64,000 bases of DNA from an uncultured bacterium (GCA_963721685.1 CAVRJJ010000005.1:167943-231942), one strand, 5' to 3'; positions 20,649 through 32,088 are shown, numbered from the stretch's first letter. Program-made: numbers and translations. The notes: generated from the sequence alone by a model not told the origin.

Positions 20649-22156
20649 CGTTTTAGCTTTCTCCATAAACTGCGTAATAGGTTTGTTTCTTCCTTGTCCG
20701 CTAGGCCTAAGACTAAAAAGGCGGCTCCGCTGACTAGCACCACGACGCCGTAAGCAACTACAAAGCTCAGCAGGCTTGTTATGTACTGCTGCAGCAGGAA
20801 CGAAAGTCCCAACGATACGGCTACGAGCACGGAAAGTCGTGACAAAAGTCTAATGTAAAATTGCCGAGAAGAGAACTGTAAGATGCTTTTTTCAACATAG
20901 CGGACAAACCAAATACAGGGTAAAACCGAAAGTAAGTAAGCAAGCGCTGCCCCGTTAATCCCCATTGACGGAATTAATAGAAAGAGAAGGGCAATGTTTA
21001 GCACTCCGGAAATGACGGAAAATAGGGCGGCAACTTTGGGCTTGCCGGCACCGAATAGGACAAAGAAGGGGATAGCCGTCAGCGCGAGCAACGAATAGGT
21101 AGCAAGTAGCAGCTGGAGGACCACCGTGCTTTTATCGGCGAAGTCTTGCCCGAGCCATTGCAAAAGAAAGGAGTAGGCTAAGACATACATAGGTGTGATC
21201 CCCAGGGCAAGGAGGGTGAAAACGATTCTGGTGGCTCGGATATACAGTTTTTGCAGGCGTTCGACATTACCTTCGGCGAGCAAGCTCGAGCTCAAGGGGA
21301 AGATGACGGTTGTTAAAGCAACGATGCTGCCATGGATTTTTATTGTTAACGTTCCCGGAATTACGTAGTAGGCGACAGCCGCGGCGCTAAGCGTGGAAGC
21401 CAAAATAAATTTATCCAATTGAAACAAAACAGTGCTTGCCACGGAGCTAACAGTGGCATACCCGCCAAAAATTAACATTAATTTTAACGCGCGGCGGTCA
21501 ATACGCGGCCTAAAGCGCAGCGAGGGTATGAGGTGTCGGTTGATCGCCGCGTAGACAAATATAGCAAAAAAGCTAATAGAAAGACCCAGAACCACGATAC
21601 TTATTAAGCCGCCACCAAGTTTTAGTAATATAACGGTTAAAAGAACCGAGAAAGTCGATACAATAAGATTTAATTTGCCGGTAATGTCAAATCGTTGAAG
21701 CGCCCCCGGAAGGGCAGAAAAAGCCGACAATACCATATTGAGCAAAAATCCCAGCGCCGCCATATAGAGGACAATTTGCAGCAGTTCAACATTACTTGGG
21801 CTTACTTTAAATAGATTGGGGGCGAAATACCGTCCAAAGATTATTATTGCAAGGGCGGCAACGCTGCCCGCCAGAAAATAGAAAAATACAGCGGTATTAA
21901 AAAGGCGTCCAATAAAATCAAAGTTTTTCCGCGCGTGGTATTCCGCGGTGTATTTTACCAAAGAAGGCGAAACGCCAAAATCCAAAAAACCGAAAAAACC
22001 AATGAAAGCGATGACCAGGGCATAAATACCGTATTTCTCCGGGCCTAGCGTATGGACGATAAACGGAGTTACAAAAAAGGAAAGAATGACCGGCCAGGTA
22101 AATGCGGCTCCGTTATAAACGGAGTTTTTAGCCGTTTTTTTGGTTAATGTATCCAT
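20645..22156 (-). CDS. wzx: Wzx flippase
   Basis: About 12-14 TM; LGPEKYG, DFGV, LDKFIL, GINGAALA. Confidence 0.85.
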   Translation of the reverse strand: MDTLTKKTAKNSVYNGAAFTWPVILSFFVTPFIVHTLGPEKYGIYALVIAFIGFFGFLDFGVSPSLVKYTAEYHARKNFDFIGRLFNTAVFFYFLAGSVAALAIIIFGRYFAPNLFKVSPSNVELLQIVLYMAALGFLLNMVLSAFSALPGALQRFDITGKLNLIVSTFSVLLTVILLKLGGGLISIVVLGLSISFFAIFVYAAINRHLIPSLRFRPRIDRRALKLMLIFGGYATVSSVASTVLFQLDKFILASTLSAAAVAYYVIPGTLTIKIHGSIVALTTVIFPLSSSLLAEGNVERLQKLYIRATRIVFTLLALGITPMYVLAYSFLLQWLGQDFADKSTVVLQLLLATYSLLALTAIPFFVLFGAGKPKVAALFSVISGVLNIALLFLLIPSMGINGAALAYLLSVLPCIWFVRYVEKSILQFSSRQFYIRLLSRLSVLVAVSLGLSFLLQQYITSLLSFVVAYGVVVLVSGAAFLVLGLADKEETNLLRSLWRKLKR

Positions 22157-23101
22157 TTAACTTTGCTCAGCGTGTTTCCGGTACCATTCTATTGTTTTAC
22201 GCAGGCCGTCTTCAAAAGTAGTTGTAGAGCTAAAACCAAATTCATGCTTTGCCCGCGTAGTATCAAGCTTGCGGCGCGGCTGGCCATTGGGCTTGGTTGT
22301 GTCCCAAGTCAGCTTGCCGGTAAATCCGGTCTCTCTGGCAATGATCTCAACCAGATCTTTAATTGAGACTTCGTATGATGAACCGAGGTTGACCGGTTCG
22401 CTGCTATTGTAGGCTTCGGCAGCCATCATAATGCCCGTGGCGGCGTCTTCTACATACAGAAATTCCCGGGTAGGTGAACCATCTCCCCAAACGATAATTT
22501 CGTTAGCATTGCTGTTAACCGCGTCTACACATTTTTTTATTAATGCCGGAATCACGTGGGAGCTTTCGGGGTTGAAGTTGTCGCCGGGACCGTAAAGGTT
22601 AACCGGTAAAAGAAAAATGGAATTGAAACCGTATTCTTGACGGTAGCCCTGGCTTTGGACCAACATCATTTTCTTCGCTAGACCGTAGGGGGCGTTAGTT
22701 TCCTCGGGATAGCCATTCCAGATATCTGTCTCTTTAAATGGAACGGGGGTATGCTTGGGGTAAGCGCAGACAGTACCGAGGGCCACGAACTTTGGGATTT
22801 GACGGAGATAGGCCTCATGCATTAGCTGGGTGCCCATCATCAGGTTGTCGTAGAAGAACGATCCCGGGTGTTCGCGGTTGGCGCCAATGCCGCCGACCCT
22901 GGCGGCAAGGTGGATAACCATTTCCGTTTCGGGCAGATCGTCATACATGCGCCGGACGTCTTCGAGCTTGACCAAGTCGTATTGCGAGTGCGGCGGCGTT
23001 GATACGCTTGCGCCACCAGCTCTGAGGCGCTTTGCAAGGTGGGTGCCCAAGAATCCGTTGCCGCCTGTAAGAATAATCTTTTTATTTTCCCAGAAGCTCA
23101 T
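22157..23101 (-). CDS. GDP-L-fucose synthase family (Fcl/ColC-like epimerase-reductase)
   Basis: [44 protein letters not shown]. Confidence 0.9.
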   Translation of the reverse strand: MSFWENKKIILTGGNGFLGTHLAKRLRAGGASVSTPPHSQYDLVKLEDVRRMYDDLPETEMVIHLAARVGGIGANREHPGSFFYDNLMMGTQLMHEAYLRQIPKFVALGTVCAYPKHTPVPFKETDIWNGYPEETNAPYGLAKKMMLVQSQGYRQEYGFNSIFLLPVNLYGPGDNFNPESSHVIPALIKKCVDAVNSNANEIIVWGDGSPTREFLYVEDAATGIMMAAEAYNSSEPVNLGSSYEVSIKDLVEIIARETGFTGKLTWDTTKPNGQPRRKLDTTRAKHEFGFSSTTTFEDGLRKTIEWYRKHAEQS

Positions 23102-24303
23102 TATTTGCTCCGAAAAAAGCTGTTAAACGTGTTAATAATATAATCGAGGTCGTCGGTGGTAAACCCTTGGTGGCACCCAATGTAGAAGCCGCCGGCGTTG
23201 ATTTGCTTGGCCACTGGGTAATCGTCCTCAATGTCGCCGAAGCGTTCAATGTAGAAAGGTTGGTTGATAAGCGGCATCATGGGCCGCGTTTCTATAGCGT
23301 GCTCCTCCAAGTGTAATGTAAGCTCCTTGCTGCCTTCAGGATCTTTGTCGATAACCGGAAAAAGCATATAGGCGTGTTCAGCGTAGTCTGGTACTGAAGG
23401 CAGTTGGATATGGCCGGCATCTTCAAGTGGCTTGAGACCTTTAATAAGATACGCGGCGTTTGCCTGGCGTGTTTTAAGGATAGAGTCTTTGATCTCGAGT
23501 TGCGCCACCCCCAGGGCAGCCTCAAGCTCAGTAACCCGGTAGCTGTAGCCGAGCCGAATGAAATTAAACCGGCGCTCAATGATTGTTGAAAGCTCTTTAC
23601 CATGCTTATCTTTATCGTCATCAATGCTGAGGTATATGCCGTCACGACCGTGATTACAGAGGCTGCGCATCGTAACTGCCAGCTCATCATCGCTGGTAAT
23701 CGATAGGCCCCCGACCCCAGTTACCAGGAAATGGGCAACATACGTAGAGAAGCAGCCAATGTCACCGTGCGAGCCAACCGGCTTGCCATAGGCCTTCACA
23801 AACATAGTTTCGCAGGAGTCTTCAACAACGCGAAGATTGTGCTTGCGTGCAATTTCCATAATGGGCTCCATGTCAGCCGGCAGGCCAAACAAATGAACCG
23901 GCACAATAGCTTTGGTGCGGGAGGTAATTTTTTCTTCAATCAACTTAGGGTCAATATTGTAAGTCTGAGGGTCGACATCGACAAAGACGGGTTTTAGGTT
24001 TAACATGATGGCCACGTTTGAAGTGGCGATAAAGGTAACCGCCGGGATAATAATTTCGTCGCCGTCCTGCCAGCCATATTTTTCATGCAAAGCGGCTAAC
24101 GCAACTTGTAAAGCGCTGGTGCCGGAGTTTGACATCACGGCATGACGGGTATCGTGAATGGAGGCAAATTCTTGTTCAAACCGTTTGGTGAAGGGGCCAT
24201 ATGACAGTCGATTGTTATCGAGCGCTTGATTGACGTAACGCTTCTCGTTATCAGATATAGTTAGACAACCAACGCCGAGTTGCTCTGTGGGCTTGTACAA
24301 CAA
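23101..24303 (-). CDS. DegT/DnrJ-family PLP enzyme, probable GDP-4-keto-6-deoxymannose 3-dehydratase (ColD-like)
   Basis: NSGTSAL, EDSCE, and [15 protein letters not shown] with His at the usual PLP-Lys position. Confidence 0.7.
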   Translation of the reverse strand: MLYKPTEQLGVGCLTISDNEKRYVNQALDNNRLSYGPFTKRFEQEFASIHDTRHAVMSNSGTSALQVALAALHEKYGWQDGDEIIIPAVTFIATSNVAIMLNLKPVFVDVDPQTYNIDPKLIEEKITSRTKAIVPVHLFGLPADMEPIMEIARKHNLRVVEDSCETMFVKAYGKPVGSHGDIGCFSTYVAHFLVTGVGGLSITSDDELAVTMRSLCNHGRDGIYLSIDDDKDKHGKELSTIIERRFNFIRLGYSYRVTELEAALGVAQLEIKDSILKTRQANAAYLIKGLKPLEDAGHIQLPSVPDYAEHAYMLFPVIDKDPEGSKELTLHLEEHAIETRPMMPLINQPFYIERFGDIEDDYPVAKQINAGGFYIGCHQGFTTDDLDYIINTFNSFFRSK

Positions 24304-24357
24304 TTCCTCCGGTATTTAACTGATTCAGTATAACAATTTTGGGAGGTTTTCGGAAGC

Positions 24358-26280
24358 CTACTGCACCGTACTGTGAAAGTTCATCCCGACGTCATTCATC
24401 CATATAATACTTTCAGCTACCGGGTTAAAGTATTCTGAATACGTGCCCAATGTCAGAGGGGCCTTATAGTCAAACTCGAACGTTCCAACTTGGCCCGGGG
24501 CAACGCTAATTTCCTTTAGGCCGGTGGGACGTTTATTCCATAGCCATCCCGGTGCCGCGAAACCGCTCACCCGCTCAAAAGGATGGGAAGTGCCCACGCG
24601 CACGGGATACGGTCCGCCTTGATACCAGGTTGCGTTGCCGGTATTCCGGGCCGTAAAGCCAATGAAGACCGTTTGTCCGGGTGCTAGGTTGGAAAGGTTA
24701 ACGGACGTGGTTTTTGTGCTGTTTGAATAGGCGTATTGGCTGACAAGCGACCAGCTGTAACCGCTCTTTACCTGGGTATAGAAGCTCAGGCCAATATCTT
24801 TCATCCAAGTAATTCCTTCAGCTAACAGGTTGTAACGGGGAATAAAGGTGCCTTCACCTGGCGGAACGGTAATGGGAAATTCGAAAGTTCCGGTAGCTCC
24901 CGGCGCTACACTGGCCTCAAGCATATTGGCCGGACGGCTAACGCCCAGCCAAGCTGGTGTGTGGTAGCGGTCAACGCGTTCTTTAGGCCCCTCGGTCCCC
25001 AGACGAATTGGATGTGCTCCGCTGTTAGTCCAGGTAACATTACCCGTGTTGGTGGCTCGTATGACTAACCAAGCCGATTGGCCTGGAGACAAGCCGCCCA
25101 GATTGGTGGGTGTGGTTTTTGCGCTTGTGGTGTAGGCCGATTGCCCAGCAAGCGACCAGGAATATATGTCTGGCACGACTGTCGCGTTGAAATAAAGCCC
25201 GGGGTCATTCATCCACATATTGCCTTCAACCAGAAGATTAAAATATTCCTTAAAGGTGCCCCCCGCCGGGGGCATTTTGGCGGTGAAGGTGAACGTACCG
25301 GTTTGTCCGGCCGCGACGCTGGCTTCGTTTAACGTGGCGGGCCGCGACGGGCTTAGCCAGCCGGTATTGGAAAACGCGCTGGATCGATCGTTGGGGCGGC
25401 TGGCTCCGAGACGAACGGGATTAGGGCCGCTATTCGTCCAGGTATTAAAGCCGGAGTTAAGCGCGCTTACCGTAAAGGTAGCGACCTCGCCACCCCTAAT
25501 ACCATTAAGGGACTTGTTTGTAGTCTGCCCCGCGTACGTCCAGGCGTAAGTAACTCCCCGCACGCTACCGAACCAGCTTTCAAAAATGCCGGGGAACGAT
25601 TGGTTTAAGTGAGGAGTGTAGGTAAAAAGAGAAGCAGTAGTGCCGTTGGCAATAAAGAGCCGCTGACCGTCGATGGTAGCGTATCCGTCATAGCTAACCT
25701 CTGCACAACTGCCGCAACGCTTTCGTACCCCAGCCGTCATATACCCCACATACGTGATGTCGTCGTCACCGTCCCAGGCGGTATTGCCGTAAGCGCGCTC
25801 CTTATTAAATTTTAGTTGCCAAGAACCCCACAGCACTTGCCGGGTGAATCCAGCGTATTTTGGATTACAGCCTCCCGAGTCAGGACAGCCATATCCCATT
25901 GCCGAGTTGTATCTCCATCCGTCACAGGAAGTACCTGAAATTAAGCTTTGCTCCTTTTGGAGGGTAGTTATAATTACTTGCGGGTTTAGGCCCCACTGCT
26001 GGGCAGCCTTATAGATGATACGCGAAGCCGGGACGCTACCGGTATAAGACCATGATGATCCATTCCAGGACGGCTCCACATCGTGAAGGTTTACCAGACA
26101 GGGACCCTTTGAAGCCAGGAACGCCTGGATCTGCGCCTCAGACATACTATTGACCTTATCGAAAACGGAATCATCCATCATGTTGGAGTTACTATAATCG
26201 GCGGCGTGGGCGGTACTTCCAAACCCCATACTTATAAATGCCAGGACAAAGCTAAAGATGCTGAGACGTAGTAATTTCAT
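24358..26280 (-). CDS. Secreted surface protein: N-terminal LQKEQ/GYGCPD domain plus three NBR1-Ig-like repeats
   Basis: Signal peptide; three ~135-aa repeats with NTGNxTW, V(A)PGxTGTFxF, AEGITWM. Confidence 0.7.
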   Translation of the reverse strand: MKLLRLSIFSFVLAFISMGFGSTAHAADYSNSNMMDDSVFDKVNSMSEAQIQAFLASKGPCLVNLHDVEPSWNGSSWSYTGSVPASRIIYKAAQQWGLNPQVIITTLQKEQSLISGTSCDGWRYNSAMGYGCPDSGGCNPKYAGFTRQVLWGSWQLKFNKERAYGNTAWDGDDDITYVGYMTAGVRKRCGSCAEVSYDGYATIDGQRLFIANGTTASLFTYTPHLNQSFPGIFESWFGSVRGVTYAWTYAGQTTNKSLNGIRGGEVATFTVSALNSGFNTWTNSGPNPVRLGASRPNDRSSAFSNTGWLSPSRPATLNEASVAAGQTGTFTFTAKMPPAGGTFKEYFNLLVEGNMWMNDPGLYFNATVVPDIYSWSLAGQSAYTTSAKTTPTNLGGLSPGQSAWLVIRATNTGNVTWTNSGAHPIRLGTEGPKERVDRYHTPAWLGVSRPANMLEASVAPGATGTFEFPITVPPGEGTFIPRYNLLAEGITWMKDIGLSFYTQVKSGYSWSLVSQYAYSNSTKTTSVNLSNLAPGQTVFIGFTARNTGNATWYQGGPYPVRVGTSHPFERVSGFAAPGWLWNKRPTGLKEISVAPGQVGTFEFDYKAPLTLGTYSEYFNPVAESIIWMNDVGMNFHSTVQ

Positions 26281-26795
26281 TAAGGGCTCACTGTTAATAG
26301 TTGGGGATTTGATTTAGCGCTTTGGCCATCTTTTGAAGCTACCGCCCGGATGGACCATTGGCCCAGTGAAAGCTGTTTTGCGTTCCAGTTAAAGATTACA
26401 CCATCGCTGGCCGTGGTGCTTCCAATTACTTTGGTGTCACTTACCTTGATAGTCTGGGTATCTCTAGTCGCTTCAATATAGCAAGAAGCCCCGGCAAGCG
26501 AACGGCAGACCGACTCCATGCCGGTAGGCCCGGAGAGGCTGACAGAACTTGTATTATTGATAGGACCAATAGGCTGTGCCAGCGTTGAGCTCGTTGGGCG
26601 GCTAGGGTTGGGCTGCGGTGTTGTCGTGGGCGCGGGAGAGGTATCTGTATTAGGCCCGGCGTGAATCTCGGTATCGGCGGAGCTTGATGGAGTATAGCCT
26701 GGTTGGGTTGCTTTAATGTAAGCGGCAACACCCACCACAATGAGGGCTAACGTGGCTAATATAAGAATAGTTTTGTTTTTGGCGGATCGTTTCAT
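26280..26795 (-). CDS. Membrane-anchored hypothetical protein
   Basis: N-terminal TM, Pro/Thr/Ser linker, beta-rich C-terminus. Confidence 0.6.
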   Translation of the reverse strand: MKRSAKNKTILILATLALIVVGVAAYIKATQPGYTPSSSADTEIHAGPNTDTSPAPTTTPQPNPSRPTSSTLAQPIGPINNTSSVSLSGPTGMESVCRSLAGASCYIEATRDTQTIKVSDTKVIGSTTASDGVIFNWNAKQLSLGQWSIRAVASKDGQSAKSNPQLLTVSP

Positions 26796-26861
26796 GTTTC
26801 GCCCCTATCCATAACCATTATAAAAGATAGACCTATCTTAAGCAAACCCGGTCAGCCCCGA

Positions 26862-27833
26862 CTATTTGAGCCGTTCGAAAAAGTCCTTGTGCCACTGAAC
26901 CGCGTCCGACACGATGTGCTCAAGATGAAGTTGCGGGTGCCAATCCAAGATTCGGCTGGCCAGGGTGTTGGAGGCGATCAGGCTGCCACTATCGCCCGGA
27001 CGCCGCTCGGTTAGCTGGTAAGGGACTTGGGAGTGAATAGCCTTTTCAACTGCCTTTATAATTTCCAACACCGAAGACCCGTGATTAGTCCCCAGGTTAA
27101 TAGAGGTGTTAATAGTTTGACCTGACACCATAGCTTCGGCGGCAAGCACATGGGCGCGCGCGACATCAACCACGTGGATATAATCGCGCAAACAGGTGCC
27201 ATCGGGAGTTTCGTAATCAGAACCAAACACATCGAGTTTCCGGCCCTGCTTCAGCGATTGAAAGATGCAGGGGATTAAGTGTTGGGTTTCCGGATAGTCG
27301 CCAACCTGTTTGTAGGCACCGGCGGCGTTGAAGTAGCGAAACGCCACCCAGTTCATTTCGTGGGTAGTTTGGTAGCTCTTTAATATCTGCTCGGCCAGAT
27401 ATTTACTGGCTCCATAAGGGTTAACCGGGTGAATGGCAGCCTCTTCATCAATGGGAATGGATTCCGGTTCACCATAAACCGCGGCGGTGGATGAAAATAT
27501 AATCCGCTTTACTTCAGCTTGAGCGGCGGTTTCTACTACATTGAGAGTTCCTAGCGTATTGGTATTGAAATAACTATGTGGATTGGCTACCGATTCGGCA
27601 ATGCGCAGTTTAGCCGCGAAATCTAAGACAATATCAAATTGATGGCCCTTAAAAGCTTTTTCCAGATCATTACGATTGGTAATATCACCGGTAATAAGTT
27701 CAAAATCGGCTACGTTGTGGCGGTATCCGGTGGAGAGGTTGTCGAAGATTGTGACACTATGACCTTTTTCCCGCATAAGATGGGCCGTAGTTGCACCAAT
27801 GTAGCCGGCGCCGCCAGCGATAAAAACCTTCAT
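26862..27833 (-). CDS. galE: UDP-glucose 4-epimerase
   Basis: GGAGYIG, FSSTAAVYG, PYGASK, RYFNAAGA, DGTCLRDYIHV. Confidence 0.92.
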   Translation of the reverse strand: MKVFIAGGAGYIGATTAHLMREKGHSVTIFDNLSTGYRHNVADFELITGDITNRNDLEKAFKGHQFDIVLDFAAKLRIAESVANPHSYFNTNTLGTLNVVETAAQAEVKRIIFSSTAAVYGEPESIPIDEEAAIHPVNPYGASKYLAEQILKSYQTTHEMNWVAFRYFNAAGAYKQVGDYPETQHLIPCIFQSLKQGRKLDVFGSDYETPDGTCLRDYIHVVDVARAHVLAAEAMVSGQTINTSINLGTNHGSSVLEIIKAVEKAIHSQVPYQLTERRPGDSGSLIASNTLASRILDWHPQLHLEHIVSDAVQWHKDFFERLK

Positions 27834-27901
27834 AGGGTAAATTTTACTGGTTGCCAAGCTAATATGCCAGCTATCTGGGCCGCCCCATGTATAATTGGTG
27901 C

Positions 27902-28951
27902 ATGATAATTGTGATTATTGCTGGCGGGTCAGGTACGCGGTTGTGGCCGCTAAGCCAAGAGAATTACCCCAAACACCTGTTAGCGCTGACCGGGAAAACT
28001 TCATTATTGCAAAATACGGTAGCCCGCGCCCGCGCCATTACACCCACCGTTTACGTGATAACCGAACGCTCCCAGGTGGGCGAGGTCCACAAGCAGCTTC
28101 CCGACATCCCCAGTAACTATATTATTGCCGAGCCCGGCCGTCGCGGGACCGCGTCGTGTATTGTTTTGGCGCTTGCAACCCTGGCAGAACATCATCCGGC
28201 GTCTGAGCCAGTTGTCTTTTTCCACGCTGATTCGCATATTGCCGACCGGGAAGAGTTTGCAAAGGCGGTTGAAACGGCCGCCTCAGCCTCCGTCCATCAT
28301 TCCCAAATAGCCCTGATCGGTGTACGCCCAACTTACGCCGCCACTGGTTTTGGCTATATCCATCGAGGAGCCCAAGTAAAAAGCCGTCAAGAACTGTACG
28401 AGGTTCAATCATTTATGGAAAAGCCCAACGCCGCCACGGCCCACAAATACATGAAAGCCGGAACCTATTTATGGAATATCGGGCTTTTTGCCGCGCCAAT
28501 TGAGGTGTGGGAGCGAGCCTTAAAGACTTACGCGCCCGAATTAGCGCAAGGGTATAGGCAACTGGCCAAAGCACTAGATGATCCCTCTAAACTCAGCGAG
28601 GTCTACTTGTCCCAAAAGAGCCAAGCGATTGATATAGCCTTAATTGAGAAAGCATCGGGCTTACTGGTGGTGCCAGGTGCTTTTGATTGGGCTGATATTG
28701 GATCTTTCCAAGACCTTCATAAGATTTTACAGGACAAGAACCATAACGTTTTAAAAGGCGACATTGCCATAAAAGATTCGCAGGATGTCATGGTTTACAG
28801 TACCACCGGAAAGCCGGTGATCGCGATTGGCCTTTCCGACCTGGTAGTAGTTGACACGCCAAACGGGTTACTCGTTTGCGATAAAAAACGTTCCCAGTTG
28901 GTAGGGGACGCCGCTAAAAGGCTGCAAGCGCGTAAAACTGGCGCTAAGTAA
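27902..28951 (+). CDS. manC: Mannose-1-phosphate guanylyltransferase
   Basis: AGGSGTRLWPLS, PK, GFGYI, EKP, WADIGS. Confidence 0.92.
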   Translation: MIIVIIAGGSGTRLWPLSQENYPKHLLALTGKTSLLQNTVARARAITPTVYVITERSQVGEVHKQLPDIPSNYIIAEPGRRGTASCIVLALATLAEHHPASEPVVFFHADSHIADREEFAKAVETAASASVHHSQIALIGVRPTYAATGFGYIHRGAQVKSRQELYEVQSFMEKPNAATAHKYMKAGTYLWNIGLFAAPIEVWERALKTYAPELAQGYRQLAKALDDPSKLSEVYLSQKSQAIDIALIEKASGLLVVPGAFDWADIGSFQDLHKILQDKNHNVLKGDIAIKDSQDVMVYSTTGKPVIAIGLSDLVVVDTPNGLLVCDKKRSQLVGDAAKRLQARKTGAK

Positions 28952-28993
28952 AATGCAAGCGGTTTCGATAGATTTAGCTATACTATAGGTGTT

Positions 28994-30736
28994 ATGAATA
29001 GGACGACTTTTTTACGTTATCGTTGGCTGTTCCTCACCCTAGCCGCAGTTGGCGCGGGTTTGTTTGGGTTGGTCGGTTTTTCGCTTGCCCACGTTGGTAA
29101 AATTTATCCGGGTGTAACGGTTAATGGGACTGACGTTGGTGGGTTAACGCGGGGAGAGGCCGAAGTAAAGCTTAAAGCGCGGGCCGAGGCGTACGCTTCA
29201 CAGCAGCTACCGGTTCGGTATTACGATACTACTCTGCGGATACCAATTAAGGCCGTGGGGGTTAGTTATGATACCAAGGCTATTGACCGGGCTCTACGGT
29301 TTGGGCGTGAAGGGGGGATTGCCGGCCAGCTAAGCAATCGCTTGCGGGCACTTGCTGGACGTTCTACCAGTTTTACCAGCCCTCACTTTGATGACTCCCT
29401 GCTCACGCCGTTTCTGGCACATATTGATGACGAGGTTGGACGTCCCGTTGCTAATGCCAGCCTCACCTTTACTGGTGGGGCAGTTGGTGTGGAACCTTCG
29501 CACCCAGGCTACCGGCTGGACCGGGGACGGCTGACGATGGCTGTAATCGAGCGGCTTTCTACCATGAGCTCCAAACAGCTGATCGCGCCGGTTTATACTG
29601 TTAGCCCTACCATTGATGGAGAAACGCTGAAAGCTGCCCGCAAAGAAGCTGACACCTACGCGGCATCAGCTTTGGTTTTAAAAACCGGCAATTTAACCCC
29701 CGTGGTTGATCAAGCCAAGATTCTTAGTTGGATTGACGTATCCACACCCGCCGGGCGTACCGACCTGCCAATTGACCCGCTTAATCAATTTTATGACACT
29801 CTTGTCGCGCCCGAAGTACGGCTGGGGTTGAATGAGGCCAAGGTGGCCGTCTATGTGTCGGAATTGGCTGCTAGTATTGATAAAACACCCAGGAATGCCG
29901 TGCTGGCTATGCAGAATGGACAGCTGACAATAACCCAGCCCAGCCAAGACGGGGTATCGCTCGACCAGGTCCAGTCGGTGCAGCGCATTATAGCGGCGCT
30001 AGGAAAATCCGGTACCGACCGCACGGCAACTCTTCCGGGCAAGGTGACCCCGGCCGAAGTAAACGAAAACAATCTAGCAAGCCTAGGAATTAAAGAACAA
30101 ATCAGCCAAGGGCAAACATTCTTTCCCGGTTCGCCCTCCACCCGGCTAACCAATGTGCGCGTTGGCCAAGCACTCTACAATGGGGTCTTGTTAAAGCCTG
30201 ACGAGGTTTTCTCCTTCGGTAAAATATTAGGCGATGTCGGTCCGGCCCAAGGATATGTGCCGGAGCTGGTTATATTGGCCGACCGGACGGAAAAACAGTA
30301 TGGCGGGGGATTGTGCCAGGTTAGTTCTACGGCTTACCGGGCCGCTCTCAACGCCGGCCTGCCGATTTTGCAGCGAGTGAACCATTCGTACGCGGTTAGC
30401 TACTACACCGCACCTTATGGTGTGCCTGGAGTTGATGCCACCATTTATTACCCTCAAGTGGATTTTAAGTTTAAGAACGATACCGGACACTACATATTAA
30501 TTCAAACCCGTATGGAAGGTACTACCCTAACCTTTGACTTCTTTGGCACTAAAACCAAATCCGGTGAAATTCGCGGACCCTCATTTATAAGCGGCAACGG
30601 GGATCCCAAGCAGGCTTCCAGAACGGTATTCTACCGCGATATTAAAGACTTGAGCGGCAATGTCATTAAGACCGATACGGTCTTTACCAACTACAAGCCA
30701 AGCACTGACTTCCCGATTGATAAGCAGTTTAACTAA
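28994..30736 (+). CDS. VanW-family protein with PG_binding_4 repeats
   Basis: IYPGVTVNG, GGGLCQVSSTAYRAAL, HSYAVSYY, GVDAT. Confidence 0.9.
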   Translation: MNRTTFLRYRWLFLTLAAVGAGLFGLVGFSLAHVGKIYPGVTVNGTDVGGLTRGEAEVKLKARAEAYASQQLPVRYYDTTLRIPIKAVGVSYDTKAIDRALRFGREGGIAGQLSNRLRALAGRSTSFTSPHFDDSLLTPFLAHIDDEVGRPVANASLTFTGGAVGVEPSHPGYRLDRGRLTMAVIERLSTMSSKQLIAPVYTVSPTIDGETLKAARKEADTYAASALVLKTGNLTPVVDQAKILSWIDVSTPAGRTDLPIDPLNQFYDTLVAPEVRLGLNEAKVAVYVSELAASIDKTPRNAVLAMQNGQLTITQPSQDGVSLDQVQSVQRIIAALGKSGTDRTATLPGKVTPAEVNENNLASLGIKEQISQGQTFFPGSPSTRLTNVRVGQALYNGVLLKPDEVFSFGKILGDVGPAQGYVPELVILADRTEKQYGGGLCQVSSTAYRAALNAGLPILQRVNHSYAVSYYTAPYGVPGVDATIYYPQVDFKFKNDTGHYILIQTRMEGTTLTFDFFGTKTKSGEIRGPSFISGNGDPKQASRTVFYRDIKDLSGNVIKTDTVFTNYKPSTDFPIDKQFN

Positions 30737-30750
30737 GGTATGCTAGCAAC

Positions 30751-32085
30751 ATGAAACTTGGACCTAACGTATTTAGAGCCTACGATATCCGAGGGATTGT
30801 ACCCCAGGAGCTAGACGCGGACGCCGCCGAGCAGATTGGCCGGGCTTTTGCTGCGCACTTGAATCCGCAAACGGTGGTGGTTGGCCGAGATGTACGCTTA
30901 ACGGGTGAAGAACTGCAAAAAAGGGTGATGCATGGGCTGGTCCGTTCGGGGGTAGACGTGCTGGATATAGGCCAAGTTTCCACCGACGCTTTTTACTACG
31001 CTTGCGCCACTAAGAGTATGCCCGGCATCATGGTTACCGCCTCACACAACCCGGCTGAATATAACGGCTTTAAAATGGTGCGGGATATGCCGTTTTTAGT
31101 AATGGCAAAGGAATTTAAAACCCATGTTTTGGATGAAACGTATACAGATGCTTCTACCGAAGGGGCAATCCACCCCACTTCAATAATCGAGGCTTTCCTT
31201 GACCATTTGTTAACAATTGTACCGGCCAAGAACTTGCGTCCATTGAAGGTGGTCATCGATACATCCAGCGGCGCGCAAGGACCCATATGGGATCAACTGG
31301 CTGCAAGGTTGCCGATTTCGATTACCCCGTTGTTCTTTGAGCCTGACGGTACCTTCCCCGGTCATGGCAACGATGTTATTCAGCCCGCCAACCAGGAACC
31401 ATTGCGGAAAAAAGTAGTAGAAACCGGCGCCGATCTCGGACTGATTTTCGATCCGGACGGCGATCGTTGCTTGCTCGTTGATGACCGAGGTGAAACCGTC
31501 CCGGGCGATTTCGTAACTGCCCTGCTTTCAGCTGAAATCTTAAAACACCATCCGGGAGGAACCGTTCTTTATGACATTCGGGCCAGCGACGCCGTACCGG
31601 CCATTATTGAACAGGCCGGCGGCAAAGCTTTTGTGTGGAAGCCAGGGCATGTGTATATAAAACAAAAAATGAAAGAGCTTGACGCGGTTTTTGGAGGGGA
31701 GGTGTCCGGCCATTATTATTTTCGGGATTTTTGGGGGGCTGACTGCGGGCTACTGGCGGGCCTGACCATTTTAGAATATGTTAGCCAGCTAGAGGGGCGC
31801 CTCAGTGCCAAGGTGGAAGAATTGGAATCAATCTATCATTTAAGCGGTGAAATTAATTCCAGTGTTGAAGATATACCGGCGGTTCTTAAACGCCTTCGCG
31901 AGCGCTACCATGACGCCACCATGAACGAACTAAGTGGTCTGGAAATCCGCTACCCCGATTGGCGTTGCGTAGTCCGCCCATCAGATAATGAGCCGTTGAT
32001 TCGGTTAACGCTCGAGGCCGACTCTCAGGAAAAAATGATGCAAAAACGAAATGAAGTACTGTCCCTAATCCGGCAGGGGTCCTAA
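30751..32085 (+). CDS. manB: Phosphomannomutase/phosphoglucomutase
   Basis: FRAYDIRG, TASHNP, FDPDGDR, GEVSGH. Confidence 0.9.
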   Translation: MKLGPNVFRAYDIRGIVPQELDADAAEQIGRAFAAHLNPQTVVVGRDVRLTGEELQKRVMHGLVRSGVDVLDIGQVSTDAFYYACATKSMPGIMVTASHNPAEYNGFKMVRDMPFLVMAKEFKTHVLDETYTDASTEGAIHPTSIIEAFLDHLLTIVPAKNLRPLKVVIDTSSGAQGPIWDQLAARLPISITPLFFEPDGTFPGHGNDVIQPANQEPLRKKVVETGADLGLIFDPDGDRCLLVDDRGETVPGDFVTALLSAEILKHHPGGTVLYDIRASDAVPAIIEQAGGKAFVWKPGHVYIKQKMKELDAVFGGEVSGHYYFRDFWGADCGLLAGLTILEYVSQLEGRLSAKVEELESIYHLSGEINSSVEDIPAVLKRLRERYHDATMNELSGLEIRYPDWRCVVRPSDNEPLIRLTLEADSQEKMMQKRNEVLSLIRQGS

Positions 32086-32088
32086 GGC

